The position numbers and the translations under genes were made by a program. 64,000 bases of DNA from contig JAYWIR010000024.1 of assembly GCA_036172245.1 (NCBI GenBank), forward strand, positions 1,364,001 through 1,428,000, in the 5' to 3' direction. Shown piece by piece: positions 48,907 to 62,449 of this stretch. Below the pieces are notes generated by a model. It searched no databases. It was given only the letters and a program-made list of their open reading frames with translations, and was not told the origin of the DNA. Position 1 is the stretch's first letter. Each line of letters begins with the position of its first letter. Source of the DNA: Raillietiella orientalis (lineage: Eukaryota).

Positions 48907-51900
48907 TGCCTCGTGCTTTAATGCAGTGACTAACTGTGTTACAAAAAATAAGTTTCATGACTGCTATTAAATAAACCAAGAATTCCTGAATATGCAGAAA
49001 ACAAAATTTCACACTTGTCCACAACACATAGAAAAGAAAATATCCTATGAACCCACTACCTTTATTAAACATGTTTAGTAAAAGTCACATTCTAGTAGAA
49101 ATGTCAAAAATTGCAAGAATGTAATACCAATAAATGTAATGATTGTGAGTGATGAAACCCATTTACTGCTTACAACCAGAACTGAGATTTGACTGGTAAG
49201 TGAAGCTCATGATCTTCCTAAGCCATCCAAACTGGTGGACTAAGGATTCAAATGCCTAAACGAACTCATCTGGAAAAAATAATAAGTGCCCATAATTTAC
49301 ATGTGTTTTGCATCAAGATTGGCAGCTAAGTGAATTGCATTTGCTGTATCATCTTGCATTAAAACAGCATTTTGAAAATAACATAAGTTTTCGAACACGG
49401 GGTACTACAATGTATTAAAATATTATGTTTCCCAGTTTCCACGAATTAATACAATCACAAGGCATATGCTACTCTTTTCGAAGGTTTAATGAAATTGCGC
49501 ATAAAAGAAAAGATTATTAAACAGAAATTATTATGTGACCAGTTTTCCATCTCAATAGCTTTCCGCTTATTCAAAAGAAACTTTATGCACAATTCAAATA
49601 ACTCTGAAAAACAGGATCTATTTAAAAAGAAAAAAAAAAAACGTACTATTGCAAACCTGCTTGCTACACGTTTTGATTCACCTTTTTCTGCAATTCGTAA
49701 TTTCATTGACGGGACCCGAGCTCGACATGTATTCTAAATGAAAATGAATTCAAAATGAAATCAGGGCAAATCAGGAGCACAATAAACGAGAGGCCCTTTG
49801 CTTGGCCACGCGATCGTGCTATCAGCAGGAGGCCCGTTGTCCACGAGCCACGAGGATGCCCAGGTCTCTTGGACTCCAATTCGGTAAAAGAATTCTTCGG
49901 TCTTCCGAATGACAAAACTGGCAACGAAAACTGAACGTCACTAAAAGATAAGCTGTTAGACGTAGCTACTATCCTTTTTTCTTTCTTTCTTTTTTAATCT
50001 ACGTGCTTAATCCACATTTTCGTGTTTTACATGGCCATAAATCCAACTTTGACTTTACGTTCAGAATTAGCTGGAAAGGATTGTAACATCTTGATTTTGC
50101 ACCTGACTACAGAAGCTAAGAGCAGAATTTGTCAACTCGTTTTGTCCAAAAAAGTACTCAAACTAATATACAGATTAGAGATTAAAAAGGCATAAGGGAA
50201 ATAAAGTGATCAAAATCATTGCATTAAAAAAAGAGTGGAAAAGTAAATCAGTAAAATTCAGACTTCAAAGCTTGGAAACAACAACAACAAAAAGCATCGA
50301 AACCGAATACAGTGGGCATTTTAGAAACAGAAACTGTGGTCACAAGATATTTGCATAACCGCATAAAAATGAACGATCTCCAATGTAATGACCAATGACA
50401 TAAATGGAATATATACATGTATACAAATGATTAAAAGAGATAACTTCTCAGTGTGTGTAAGGAAACATGATACGAAGCTGTAAGATTACATAGTCCGTCC
50501 CAAATCTTTGTACAGGAAGACAACAAATCCTTAGGGCACTCATAAATCAGTAAAACAAATCTGTCGGAAACTGTACGATTTATATTAGTGGAGATGAATG
50601 AAACTGCAGCGTTGCGTGAAGACAAATACAACAGAAGATGACTCATGTTCTTCATCATCTTGCTTTGGATATGAGACAGCTTGGACCCAGCATTGCATAA
50701 TCCAGCAATAGGAGGGTCTGCAAAAGATTCCACAAGCAATCATGTAGTCAATCAACGCAACACTCATGTGTCCATTAACGCTACATACTCATGAATCAGT
50801 AAATGTAGTAACGAAACGTCAATTCCTTCAATTCTTCATTCCATCAATCATCCCCTTTCTTATTTTACATGCTTTGGGAGTACTTTAGAAAAGTAAATTA
50901 GAAGTTGGAAGTCTTATTTAGGTCAAACTCGAAAACGTGAAACTGGATTCTTTGTAAAATACATTCTTTATAAAATTCCAGAATGCTGAACTTATCTAAT
51001 GGTTTATTATTGTAGCAGGGACTGCTTATTCACTACAATCTGTTTATTTACTTATTATATACCTGTTTATTTGAGGAACTCATGCAACCAAGGCAACTCT
51101 GAAAATTTATTAGTTTTCTCTCATTTGCAACCCTTTATTATAAATATTCTAAATTTTTGTTCTCCATCCGAGGGATGTTGGTTTTATCGAAAGTTCAAGG
51201 CACTCTTATTTCACGTGTGCAAAGCATGCTTTCCAAGAGACTAATGTTCAAAAGGTGGCCCCCAAATACCAGTAGTTTCCTTATTACTCAATGTAACGAC
51301 ATGCTTCTGATGAAGTTTTTTCATACTGTTGCATTAGTTTCTTTGGGACTTTATTTGATATGTCGCGAGTCCTCATTAACATGTTTTTTTTTTTTTTTTT
51401 TACTTGTTAAATAGGTTTCTGTCAGTAATGCGTGGTCTACCTGAACGACGACTCTCCTTGGACGGTGGACACAATTAATTTCTATTTTCATGAGGAAAAT
51501 CACAAGTCTCAAAGTAAGCAAGTACCCTAACTTTTATAAACATTTTCATATCTTTTGTGTTTACTGTAGCAACAGTCTCAAATGTCTTTAAGGAAAAATT
51601 GCCTTAGTAACTTAGCTACATCTGAAGAAAATCGTTTCAGGGCATTCGATGCTAATCCGAGGTCTGATGATTGAGATGGACAGAGACTTAGAATGCCTCA
51701 ATGGATGATTTTTATCATGCTGGAAGACAAATACATTTGATGTTCACCTGAAATTTCAATTCGCAACCATGAAACTCCTCTTAAACCAAAAAATGCATTG
51801 TGTTTTCCAGGTGATGGAAATTTTTCGTTTATACCTTGTAAAATATTTCCGTCACTCCTTTTGGGTGTAACATGAGATGGTTGGAAAAACACAGACACTG

Positions 51901-52351
51901 GTAAGCAAATATGCGAAATTTATAATTAGAACTCCTTCGGCTTTTGGCATACGACCAATTCTGGCCGATTACATGTTGCATTTGGCTAGGCTTTGGGACA
52001 CGAATCCATGTCCATCGCTGCATCTCTCCCAAGAATTACTGTCAAAGGTTTAGGAAAAATACACAGCACACACGTACTACATTTGCCGTATTTCCTTGGT
52101 CTGCTTTGTATAGTTTTTATACTCTAGCTACTAGTTGTTGATGCCTGGGTCGGTAAGAGCCCCGATATTAGTCTCACTTGCTTTCCTGAGTCGTAATTCT
52201 TGCCCACCACGTATTAAATCAATTTGCCTTTGAAGTCCGTTTTGCAGAAGCCAGTGCTGAGTTCGCTCCCTCATGAGCTCGGGCTCATGGATGCCAGAGG
52301 TTTAAGGCAAACTAAAACGGTATCTCGGCAATTCGAAATTCGTAAACGAAA

Positions 52352-52406
52352 CGTCTGTGTCCAGCTGGAGCAGGCAGGTCCAGCCTGCTCCAACTGGACA
52401 CAGACG
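52352..52406. repeat. 24-bp inverted repeat (1 mismatch) with 7-nt loop
   Basis: cgtctgtgtccagctggagcaggc-aggtcca-gcctgctccaactggacacagacg. Confidence 0.9.
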
Positions 52407-55400
52407 GGCCGTGATCGGTGAGAATTCGTCCAATGAAATCGCCACATCATTCGAATTCGCACAACTCGGAGATTAGATTGTAGGTGAAATATGTCACCGG
52501 TTCCAGCTTGACAGAAACAATCCAGAATTTTCAAGTTTCTCTATAACTGTTAAAAAATATTACAATAGAAAAATAAAAAGAATCTACTCGGGATACAAAT
52601 TTATTCTCCACAAAGTCGCAGAGTAATCATGGAGTGCAAAATAAAAACAAAAAAAGTTCCGAATATTATCCACGACAGAAATATGTTTATCGCCTTTCGA
52701 AATCTTTTACTTCTTTTCATATCCCCATACATATGTTTGTAGATGCAGAAGTGGTGGAAAACAAAGTAAAGTACATCGTCGGCTCTCCGGGAGCGTGGGA
52801 TCCTGGTAACGAAGAAGTAGTACAGCACTTCGGAGAACCAAAACAGAAGCTGGTGCAACTGAGACAGCGCACGGTGGCTACGTGTATCCGGTACTCAAGC
52901 GCCATATATGCAACCCACGTGGAAAGGAAAACCGATATCCAGCTCGATAATCCAGACAATGGTCTCCCATCGGAGGAATTCGAGCAAGTCCAGGAAGCCC
53001 CGTAAAGATGAGGGGAAGAAAATAACAACTGCAGAAGACTCTCCAGAGCCCTTTGCAAACAAGCTATGCAATTACACACAACGAACAATAAAGAATCTAG
53101 AGAATTTGTATGTCTCCATAGTGGTTGGGGTCTGCATCCATATTTTTTGCTCCACGGCTTCTACAGACTGAAAAGTTCAGGTTCAAGTGACATCGCCTAA
53201 AAATTGACTGGGCATGCCTCATCAGCTGAATTCTGATTCCTATTGAACACGATCTGGATTCTTAAAAAAGTTCGCATCATTCGGATTCTCACTAAGCAAC
53301 ACTTGCTTGTACTTAACCGCTGACCGGCCATTGGAAATATGTTCGGCATCCACAACTGTTTGAAGTATCATGGTATTTCATGAAATAACTGCGTTTTCTA
53401 ATGCGCCCCTTGCCTTTCCGATTCTGGTTCCGGAAAGCTTCCCAATGCCATGATCATAAGGAGTGGAGGTCCACCTCTTCGCAGCTGCATCTTTGTAGCT
53501 CATAGCTACATAAAGTAGGATATCTTCACATTTCAGCTCACTGCATCGACTTGGCTCCCACATAAGCGTCAGATTAAATTTTCTTCGTGGAAACAAGTGA
53601 TTAAAAACTGCTTCCTGCCTGTCGATGGGATTCATATCACGAGAAAACGAGGGAGCTGAGAATGTGCATTCGTCTGTATGCTGCGTATTTTGAATGGTTC
53701 GAAACAAACCTCGCTCGTATGCTCAGTGATCAAAAATTCCCTAGCAACCTGGTTCCTCAATCTTCCTCGAGACCGAAAAACCCTGGAACCCTTCCATGCA
53801 CAGCGGGCGGCTACAAACGAGCGTACATTTTGTGATTCTCTGCAGCTTCCCCATAGTTGCAGCTGAACCAACTGCGCATTTCTCCCTCGAGACTATCACA
53901 TCTGTCCACAGAATTCAAAAAATTAAAATGCAAAATCATTTACACACAGGCTACGTTTCGTCCAAAATTACATCTCGGGATAATGGACACAAGCAGCATG
54001 TAGACAACAAAATTTACTGTGGATTCGTCGAGAGCCTTTCTCCAAGCAGAGGGAAAACAAATCGAACGCAGTTAATTGCAGCAATAAGGTAGCATGTCTT
54101 TTCGCAAAAAGATTGCGAATGGGAGGGATTTTCGCGTTTCCAGAAAGAGCATGCACATAATATGTGAATTTATATTGAGAATGCTATGATCAGTTCTGCT
54201 GAAGTATTGATGTAAGCAAACAAATGTGCTGAACCATCAGGACATACAATTTCTAGAATCTTTCCCTTCAAGAAATTATGTTTTCAATTGGATAGTCCTC
54301 AACAAATTCAAAGCGTTAGAATCCTCCATATTTCTTTTCACTCGCAAATTACATTCTGTGCTCGTTCACGACTTCTTCACAGTCTATCAGGAGTGAAGTG
54401 AATTTCCTGCAATTTGAAGGTATAACACATTTGATTTTTAAATCTTTTTTGTGGAGATGATCTTCCTTAAAATTTTGGGATTCGAGAGAATAGGCTAATT
54501 TGTGTTGCCGTTTGAGGAAGTCGTGTTATTCCTAGGTGTGCCTGACATGAATCTTGGTCAAAGGAGAATCGATTTTCGTAAGGAGAATAATTTCATAAAC
54601 TGTATCAAGCCCAAAAGTCTTGAAAATCTACTCTCCTGTTAACGGTTTCCAAATGGTACCTTGTATTACTTAGCATTATGTAAACCTGGTAAGCTAGTAG
54701 CCTGATAGCCAACTCTTCTGACTTTGTAGTCTCAGTAGTAGGGAATTCGTTGTAATGTTGCGTAGCATCCTATTAAGATTCTTTCATTTACAGAATGCTG
54801 ATTCTTTTGAACGGTTCTCAGAGAGGAAATGATTACTCATAGCCATACGTAGGGTCACATTCTATAAAGGCATACAGTTTATGACAAAAATGCATTAAAA
54901 GGCCATCTGTAGACTTCTGGGAAACCTGCTGTGACCACGAGTCGGTTCGTCCACATTTCTTGCTGTACCTAACAGCGTGAAGTACGTTGTTGGCGTCCGT
55001 TTGCAAGTTTATTTTTATTTCTAAACAAGTATTACCAGTGCGTTTGCTTTTTCCGCAGAATATGGAAATGGTGATCGACGATTTCTTCATTCATCACCCT
55101 CTCTCTCGCCAATGGGGTTTGTTTAGTGTCTGCATAATCATGCCGTGCGTATGTTGTTATAGCGGTATCCGATATGTAGCTATAGAGTTTTTAATTGGCA
55201 ACGTAGTTCATGCACAGTCGACACAACGAAGTTGGGATTCTATTTGTGTTGATAATGTTATAATTGATTTCATTCCATGAAAAGATTGCAAAAGACGGTT
55301 CCAAATGCATAACTGTCCTTTGGAAGACTAATTCGGTCAACAGCTTTGAATTTTGGGAATGCAGTAGTTGAAACTACAGCAGTTTCAGAAGCCCACTTGC

Positions 55401-55599
55401 GTACCTATTTCATTCCACAGTTTTGATTATACATTATTATAAATATACATGAAGGTTGTTGCCTTCATCAGTGTAATTCCAACTTGATGAAGGTAATCTT
55501 TGTAAAATTAAAGTTAGTTTCATGTTGCAGCAGTGGTGCGTGTTACAAGCACCCTGTTGCAGCAAGGCAAACTGGAACACTTATCTGGATGCTCATCAG

Positions 55600-56950
55600 T
55601 AATTTTTTCACTTATTTCTGATTTCTAAACGTAGTAACTTCATATTTGTTGAAATGATTTGGTTCATAGTTGTTTTGAGCACCAATTTTGGAGTTTCTAA
55701 ATCACTGGAAGCTAAGAAAGGAAGGTTATTTATTGTTCTTGATGGGAAAACTACAGCCTTTAATGTGTCTGTATTGGAGTATGGTGTTGGCAAAGGGACA
55801 GTTAGTATGTGTTGGTTGAATATATGAGAGTCTTTTATAAGAATAATTGTATTCATGTAAGTGTGTATGGAAACTGATGGAAATGAAGAGAAGAGGACAT
55901 TCCAGGAGTAAACTTCTTATGCAGCTTGGTTCTTCACGTAAAAAGAATAGTAGAAAAATGTGTTAATTCAAAGTTCTGAAGGAAAGTGGTTGATGCTGAG
56001 TAGGATCCTTACTATAAGTAGGATGATGTGAGAACAAATGGTGGAGGCTGGGAATCAGAACGAAAGTTTTCTGATTGTAATAGAGAGTTGCATCCCAAGA
56101 TGGAGTTTTATTTAGTAGCGGAAGAAGGAAAAAGCTGATGGTTGATTGGATTGGTTTTATAGATCACATAAAAAGTATTGAAAAAAGTGACATTGCTGAT
56201 ATTTATGAGGATAAGATTGGATACAAAGGAGTTATCTCGATGCTCAGTGTGGTTTTGATGATTACTGGAAATTTGGAAACCTACTCATAGAAGTGATGGT
56301 TCTTTAAGTGAAATGGGTTGATTAATTGAACAGTGTGTCAGTACACAGTTGGAAATGTGGATTTACATCCGAAAGTGAAATGCCGAATGGTACTGGAACA
56401 TTTGTAATTGAGCTGTAAATGTAGTGGTTTGGGCTTATGGAAAGAACTGACTTCAGTAAAGTCATTTTTAGCATTATTAAACAATAGGTTGAGTAAAAGG
56501 AAGTGGTAAGTGTTTTGAGGACAGGTACAAAAAGTCTGCAGTGTTGTGTTATGGTAGACTAGATAAGAATTGAGTATACATCAAAGAAAAATGACTATAG
56601 AGAGATGGAAGTGATGTTAAGATTTGAGGAAGTTTGGTTGCAGAAAGATGAACAATTGTGTTTGTGAGAGATTGTTGTGAAGTTTTCAAATGTGTAGGAT
56701 GCCTAAAATGGTGTTAAGACTTGCAAAGCATATTTCAAGTATAGGAGCTGACCAAGGATAGAAGTTATGACTTATGACATTTGAAAGGCAGTGGAGCAAG
56801 AGTGGGTTTGTCTGTTAAAGTTTGGAGTATTAGTGGCAACGATTACTATTTTGGTCGGATTAGCAGATAAGGGTTTTTATTGTGCAGTGTCTAGGCAACT
56901 ATTGTTTCATGATGCAGGTGAAGGTTCTTCATGACAAGGGTGCTGGAGTT
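55600..56950 (-). mobile_element. Old CR1/L2-like LINE remnant
   Basis: ITSILGQLLYLKY (~GSILGPLLFLIY RT motif, 56726-56772) and C-terminal L..P...T...K...FPSRTINNLP. Strong C/A-rich skew on the - strand. Many stops, nearly CpG-free. Confidence 0.5.
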
Positions 56951-57565
56951 TAGAAGGTTGTTGAAGAATTAGTGGGCATCACCCTTGGCTTGCCTTACAT
57001 TCTGCTGTGAATTGTGTTGAAGCCATTGAGCATGGTTGGGCTTCATGAAACCATGGAAGATGTGTGTGGTAGCACAGTGCACAATTTAATGAACAGAGTT
57101 ATCTGAGTGAGAATTGCTTTTTATTTTTGCTTATTGGAATTAATTTATAATGGTGTTTTGATGGTGCACACATGAAAGTATACTATGTAGTTCAAATTAT
57201 CTTTGTGACTTTAAAACTATTTGTGACAGATGGTAACAGGAATAAGGTAAGTATTGCAAGAAATGCAGATGGTTGACTAGTGTGACCAGTTCAAAGGAGC
57301 AGCCCCACGTTGGTGTTTTGGTATTAGCAATGCGGCCTTGGTGCACTGTGAAATTTTGCGGGTCGACCAGCCAAACCTTTCTCAGAGTGTGGCTTCCCGG
57401 TCTAGTCTGCATGTTGTTGTAGAGCGATCGCTCCTTTACCAGCTTCCGGATTGTTGCTCGTTCAAATCACAAACGATGTCCATCATAATCGTGCAGGCCA
57501 CCAGTGCAGCAGTCCAAAGGATATGATCACAATAGCATTCGGGGTATCAGTATCAACATCATCAG

Positions 57566-57995
57566 CCTTCCGGTTGTGAAAATGGAGCCACCCTCCATTG
57601 TGTACCATGGAGCTGTGGTTTGATACCCCTCTCGGGGGGTTGCCTCTCCAGAGTGTCAGAAGCTCGCTGCTCCCTTCGGGGAGCACCCTTCAGAGAAATT
57701 TGAAAGCGTCCTTTCGGGGTTCTCTTCGGAGGAGCAAACAAGGAGCGGATCCTTTCCGGGTTCCTTCCGGAGAAGAAAAGTGTAGTTTCTCTCTCCAGGG
57801 AGAGGAAGAAAGTGGTTCCTTTGGAGGTCGCTTACCAAGCGTAAGAGGTAGAGACTCCTTCCTCCGGAGCCTTACCGGATTCATAGGGTGGTCCCTCCCT
57901 AACTTAAAGAGTTGCACGCACTTTCGTGTGGCGTTGACAGTTCTCTCCCCTTAGGAGGTGGACGGTTCTTCAGTACTTAGCGAGCCAAAAAAAAA
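57566..57995 (+). mobile_element. Family B 3' module, copy 3 (5'-truncated LINE end or SINE-like derivative) with poly(A)
   Basis: Colinear with 43389-43776 from CCTTCCGGTTGTGAAAATGGAGCC to GTACTTAGCGAGCC-A9. Confidence 0.75.
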
Positions 57996-58599
57996 CTCGA
58001 AAAAAGAAAACAAACCAAAAAAGCTGGAAAGAAAGCAGCACTTTCCGCTGGTGTCGTTCGTGTTCCGCTGCCCTCTGTCGCGAGAAGTGCGCCTCGCACC
58101 AGCGAATAAAGAAAGCGGCGTGCTTGGCATTGGACTTACCGCGATACGTGGTACATAGTCCTCGTGAAAGTCCCCTAATACGAGGAAGGTTGCTCTTCGC
58201 GAAACTCTCTAAGGGGTTGCCACAAACCGCTTCCGTGTCCTGGAAAGAAAATTACTCGGAAGCTGCTCGATAAGTTTGAGCGGAAAGATGAGTCGATTTC
58301 GAGGTCGCGGATGTCCAATTAATTCCACCTGCTGCCGCCCCCGGGGATGCGTTCCTGTGCTCAACACTTATCTGCGTTCTCGTCGCGGTGTGAAATTGCT
58401 GTCTGCAGTGTTCGGGAACATTCGAAGCGTTCGCTCCGAGTTGGGAAGTGTCTGCATCGAATCTTCAGCTAATTCGAAGGGGGAGGGTGCAGCTTACACA
58501 GAAAAGGAAACAAGCAGAGTAACAGCAATCGGCGACGAAATTAATGCGCCTAATCGCTCGTGTGTGAGCCTTCCTAAGGCAGCTGTATTGCTGATCTTC

Positions 58600-59400
58600 C
58601 CTCTCTGCGGTTTAATAATTGAAAAAACTCTTGAGCTTTGGAAAGTATTTATGGAGAAGTGAAGAAAATACGCATTTCCTTAAACTCTTGAAGGAAGGAT
58701 TTGAAAAGCAAGTGAACGTGTATGCCGAGGGTTGTCGGCTTCACTCAAAATCTTTGGCTCCTCTTTCTCAGCAATGGCACTTCAGACTTCTTTTCCCACT
58801 ATGAATTGTCTTCCAGTGCATTCCTCGCTTCTTGCTATTCAGGAGATTTTCGTCTCTAGGAAACGCTACCATAGAAACGTTCTCATTAATTCAAAATTTA
58901 CTTTCCGGAGTGCGAAGGATTGGGGCGTGCTTCTCGTCACGACTGCTTGAACTCAGGAAAGTGCCAGTCCTTCGTAGAAAATTACGTGATTTTTTCACAG
59001 CATTTTTGTTTGGATGTCTCGAGAATCAGCTTGCAACTGATGGATGGGTACGAAAGCTGGCTGTTGCCGTGAGCGCCATGATCCTCCCTGGATGGCAAAG
59101 GACGACTAGGGTGCTTCACGTTCAAAGAATTGTAGGTGTTATGGTGCCTGTGGGCACTATGCACGCAACATGCCAAAGCAGATGAACCTATCGAACAAAG
59201 TAGGGCCGAAAATTTTGCTGCGGTGTGTGCGATCATCAACAACTGCTGTCCCTTTACTTTGGAGTTGCGTTGTTCTTCTGGGAAACGGAGTTGAGCCAAC
59301 AAATAACACCTTATTTTGCGGTTGAGAGCACGCCTGAATTTCTGTGAGCTGAATAACATGCAGTGCCTTCGCGAACTCCTAGCCCAAAACATGGGGCTGC
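58600..59400 (+). mobile_element. Possible decayed L1/Tx1-like ORF2 C-terminal remnant
   Basis: LRRKLRDFFTAFLFGCL resembles the motif preceding zf-RVT; broken frames. Confidence 0.25.
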
Positions 59401-61299
59401 AGAAGACACCCGTTCTCTTTGCAAACTTGGCGGCGTTGTGCGCCTTTGCACCACGCACACCGGAGTTGACTGCGCCAGTTTTCCTTCAAAAGATCAACTG
59501 CCCCCCGATTACAGCTACAATCCTGTCTAGAAATTCTGATAGGAAGCGCAACAACCTTGATTGATGGAATGCAACTGAAAATAAACCATCTCAAGCATAA
59601 ACGGTGCCGCATGAATGTATATTCGTACGTGCTTTTTTTTTTTTTTTTTTTTTTTTTTCGTTTATTTTTTCTTCAGCCTCTCGCACCCCGGTGCTACACA
59701 TAGAAAAGTACAACGATCTCATCCTACACAACTAAATGGCCTTAGTGCCATCTGTCCACGAGTCAGCTTCCAATCTGTTGTATATATTAATCACATCGTC
59801 ACTCTTATTTTCGACATGTTTACCTGACCTAAAGTATTAGCAACTTTATTTCTACGGGTCTTTTGCTGCATTTCATTACATCTCTTACCAAACAATTTCG
59901 AATCATCCTTTACAGGTCAGCGCCATGCCCACCGTGCCCGTGGTCCCACACGTTCGGTGCAGGCCACCCAGCATCTTCCCCTCAAAGAACATCACATGAC
60001 CAGGTTGCCAAGCCCCATGCTGCTTCCAACATTTTAACATCACCAGGATACTGGGAATCCTTTCCCAACGTAAAACTATTCCAACTTTCCGTTCCTTTCA
60101 TTGCTAAGAAGGTTTCTCCTTATTCAAAGACAGAAACCAACCGAGCATAATGCCGACGTCAGCTCATATCATTTAAGAATTATAGTCTAGCAGACTGCTG
60201 CTGCAAAGCAACTCTGTGCTGATTATGAATTCAGTACTGAGGTCTCTTCCATATCAATCCGAACTGTTCATGAAGATTCCACGTTTATGATTTAATTGTG
60301 TCGTAACCTTTTCTGCATTTTCGGATCACGCCCGTTGCTATACAGTCAACGGTCTACGAAGATTCATTCTCCACCAACCACCCCATATTCCCTAATGGTC
60401 TCAACCCACTTCTGCTTCTCCGGCAATTTAGGGACAAAGATTTCTAAAGGGTCTTCTTGTCCCTTAAACTCATTATATACTTTTCACGGCAACTTTTAAG
60501 CTCAGCAATACAAAAATGGATACAAATACAAAAGTGCGTACAAAAGCGGTCTCATTCCAGCCGTGCTACCAAGGAAACAGCTAATTTTTTTTCATCTTAG
60601 CACAGACAAACTACCGCAGTTGCTTGTTAACCATGGAGCCAACCTTACCTTCTTCTGATCGGAAGAAAATATCTTTAGGAACCATTGCAACCATTGAACT
60701 TCCTCCGATTCTTTTTCCGTTTGCTCTTTGATTTCGGGACTTTTGATTTCCAGCTCTTGCTGATTACAAAGCGTCATTCCACACCATTTCTTTCAATGAA
60801 TTGCATTTTATGTACGCAGCAACTTAAAAGTCAACTTCAAATCGGTATTTACATCGTATAATAGGTGCTCCAAAAGCTCACATCCATTTCAGTTATAACG
60901 TATTTGCTCAAATCGTGAGCCTCCATAAACTAAAGACCAAAAATACCAATTTTGCCAGCATATCGCCATAAAATTCTCAACTGCAATATGAAACACATAG
61001 TCGCATCCAATGCCACATATCCAATCACAAATGTTCATTTCTATTGAATTCGGTTCGTGTACAAAAGACTCCCTACGTCTGGCACTTCGACTCTGTTCAC
61101 CACCTCTCTTTCAGAATTCTTTTTCACCTTCCAGCGAAAAAGAACTCGCCGCTGGTCGTTACCAAAGAACAACCCACAGTCCCGAATACCACAAACAGCT
61201 TCTTGCCTCAACCACGATCTCACCCTCTAGCCAGTTAATACCCACCATGTTGCTACTTTTTGGTTTTTCTCCCGGACACGCCGGGCATAATGAAGTCTT

Positions 61300-61440
61300 T
61301 TAAGTTTTTTGTTCAGGCAGAACACGTTGGTTCCGACCTCACCGGCCCTCAGGCCGGTGAGGTCCTCTTCGCTGGCGAAGGGGGAGGGAAAACCACAAAA
61401 AAACACAAAAAATAACGGAAAACAAAAGGGGGGGGGGCAA
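61300..61440 (-). repeat. T-rich tract, perfect 13-bp hairpin and A-rich end; probable retroelement 3' tail
   Basis: gacctcaccggcc-ctca-ggccggtgaggtc (61335-61364) next to a cttcgc/gcgaag hairpin and a long T-rich (- strand) tract; same layout as 62450-62640. Confidence 0.45.
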
Positions 61441-62449
61441 TGTTTTACGGGGAGGGGAGGGGAGGGAAGTTCGCCGCGAGTGGTCCTCTGCTACTTTTAG
61501 GTAAAGTGACGCCAGAGTGAAGATTTGTACTCAGCAATCTCAAGCTTGTACCTACCATTCTCGCACAGTTGTAGTTGAATGGCACTTCACTATAAAATCA
61601 CATTTACTCATCCAAGTTTAAACATGTTATAGGTCATTAAGCTGTATCTTGATTAGAAGCTCTAAGTATCCTTCATGAAGAAAATTAGCTACTTCTGCGT
61701 AATGAAACAGTGACACGCGAACACTAAAAATGATCAATAAACATCACTAGAGATATAAACAACGTCTCTGAAGATACTGTCCCCTGGGCTATCAGTCGTT
61801 ATGCAAGTTGCCCCAATAGTCCTCACCATCGTCCTACCATGTAAGCCTCCTTTGCTCTGCTCCCTTCCTTTCTTTCCACACCCTTACTAGTCCAATGTCT
61901 GCATGAGGGTACCTTTTTCTGTTGTACAGAAAAACAGCTAGCCGGTTCCCTTGGAATGCCATGCATTCGAAACCTAGAATTGTATGAGAAGATGAAACAC
62001 GTGCTTGGCACGCCATTCTGGTAGTATACATCGAAAAGTACTGTACCCGAAAGTGTCGTGAAGAGCGCTCAACCAAACTGATTGTTCACTTTCTGTACAG
62101 CGAAGGGTAAAATACAACTGCGTGTCTTAAAGCGGGTTTGGATTTTTTCATTCCTGCTTGTACATTGTGTGCGCTTATCAGTTTGCCAATGTGTGGGTGA
62201 GAAGGAATATTGCTCTACCCCTTTCACTTCGTTTTCAGATATCTCTGCAAATTCCATCATTCCCATTTTCTATCGAGCCTTATTATATTATGGGACATTA
62301 TATATTTGTCTGTTTGGAAACCTTTGCTCTTTCCTTGAGTTGATCTGTGCCCTCAGTTCTTTCTCAAACATATCATCATAAATGTCCTGCAGCGTGAGAG
62401 ATGCAATATTCAAGTAAATAGTGATTTCACACCCGGGTGCGCGGGGGCG

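Noticed and set aside
57300..57320. CCAACGTGGGGC on the - strand, resembling a tRNA-Lys primer-binding site
   Set aside because: Lacks the TGG start, and no LTR or gag-pol is evident
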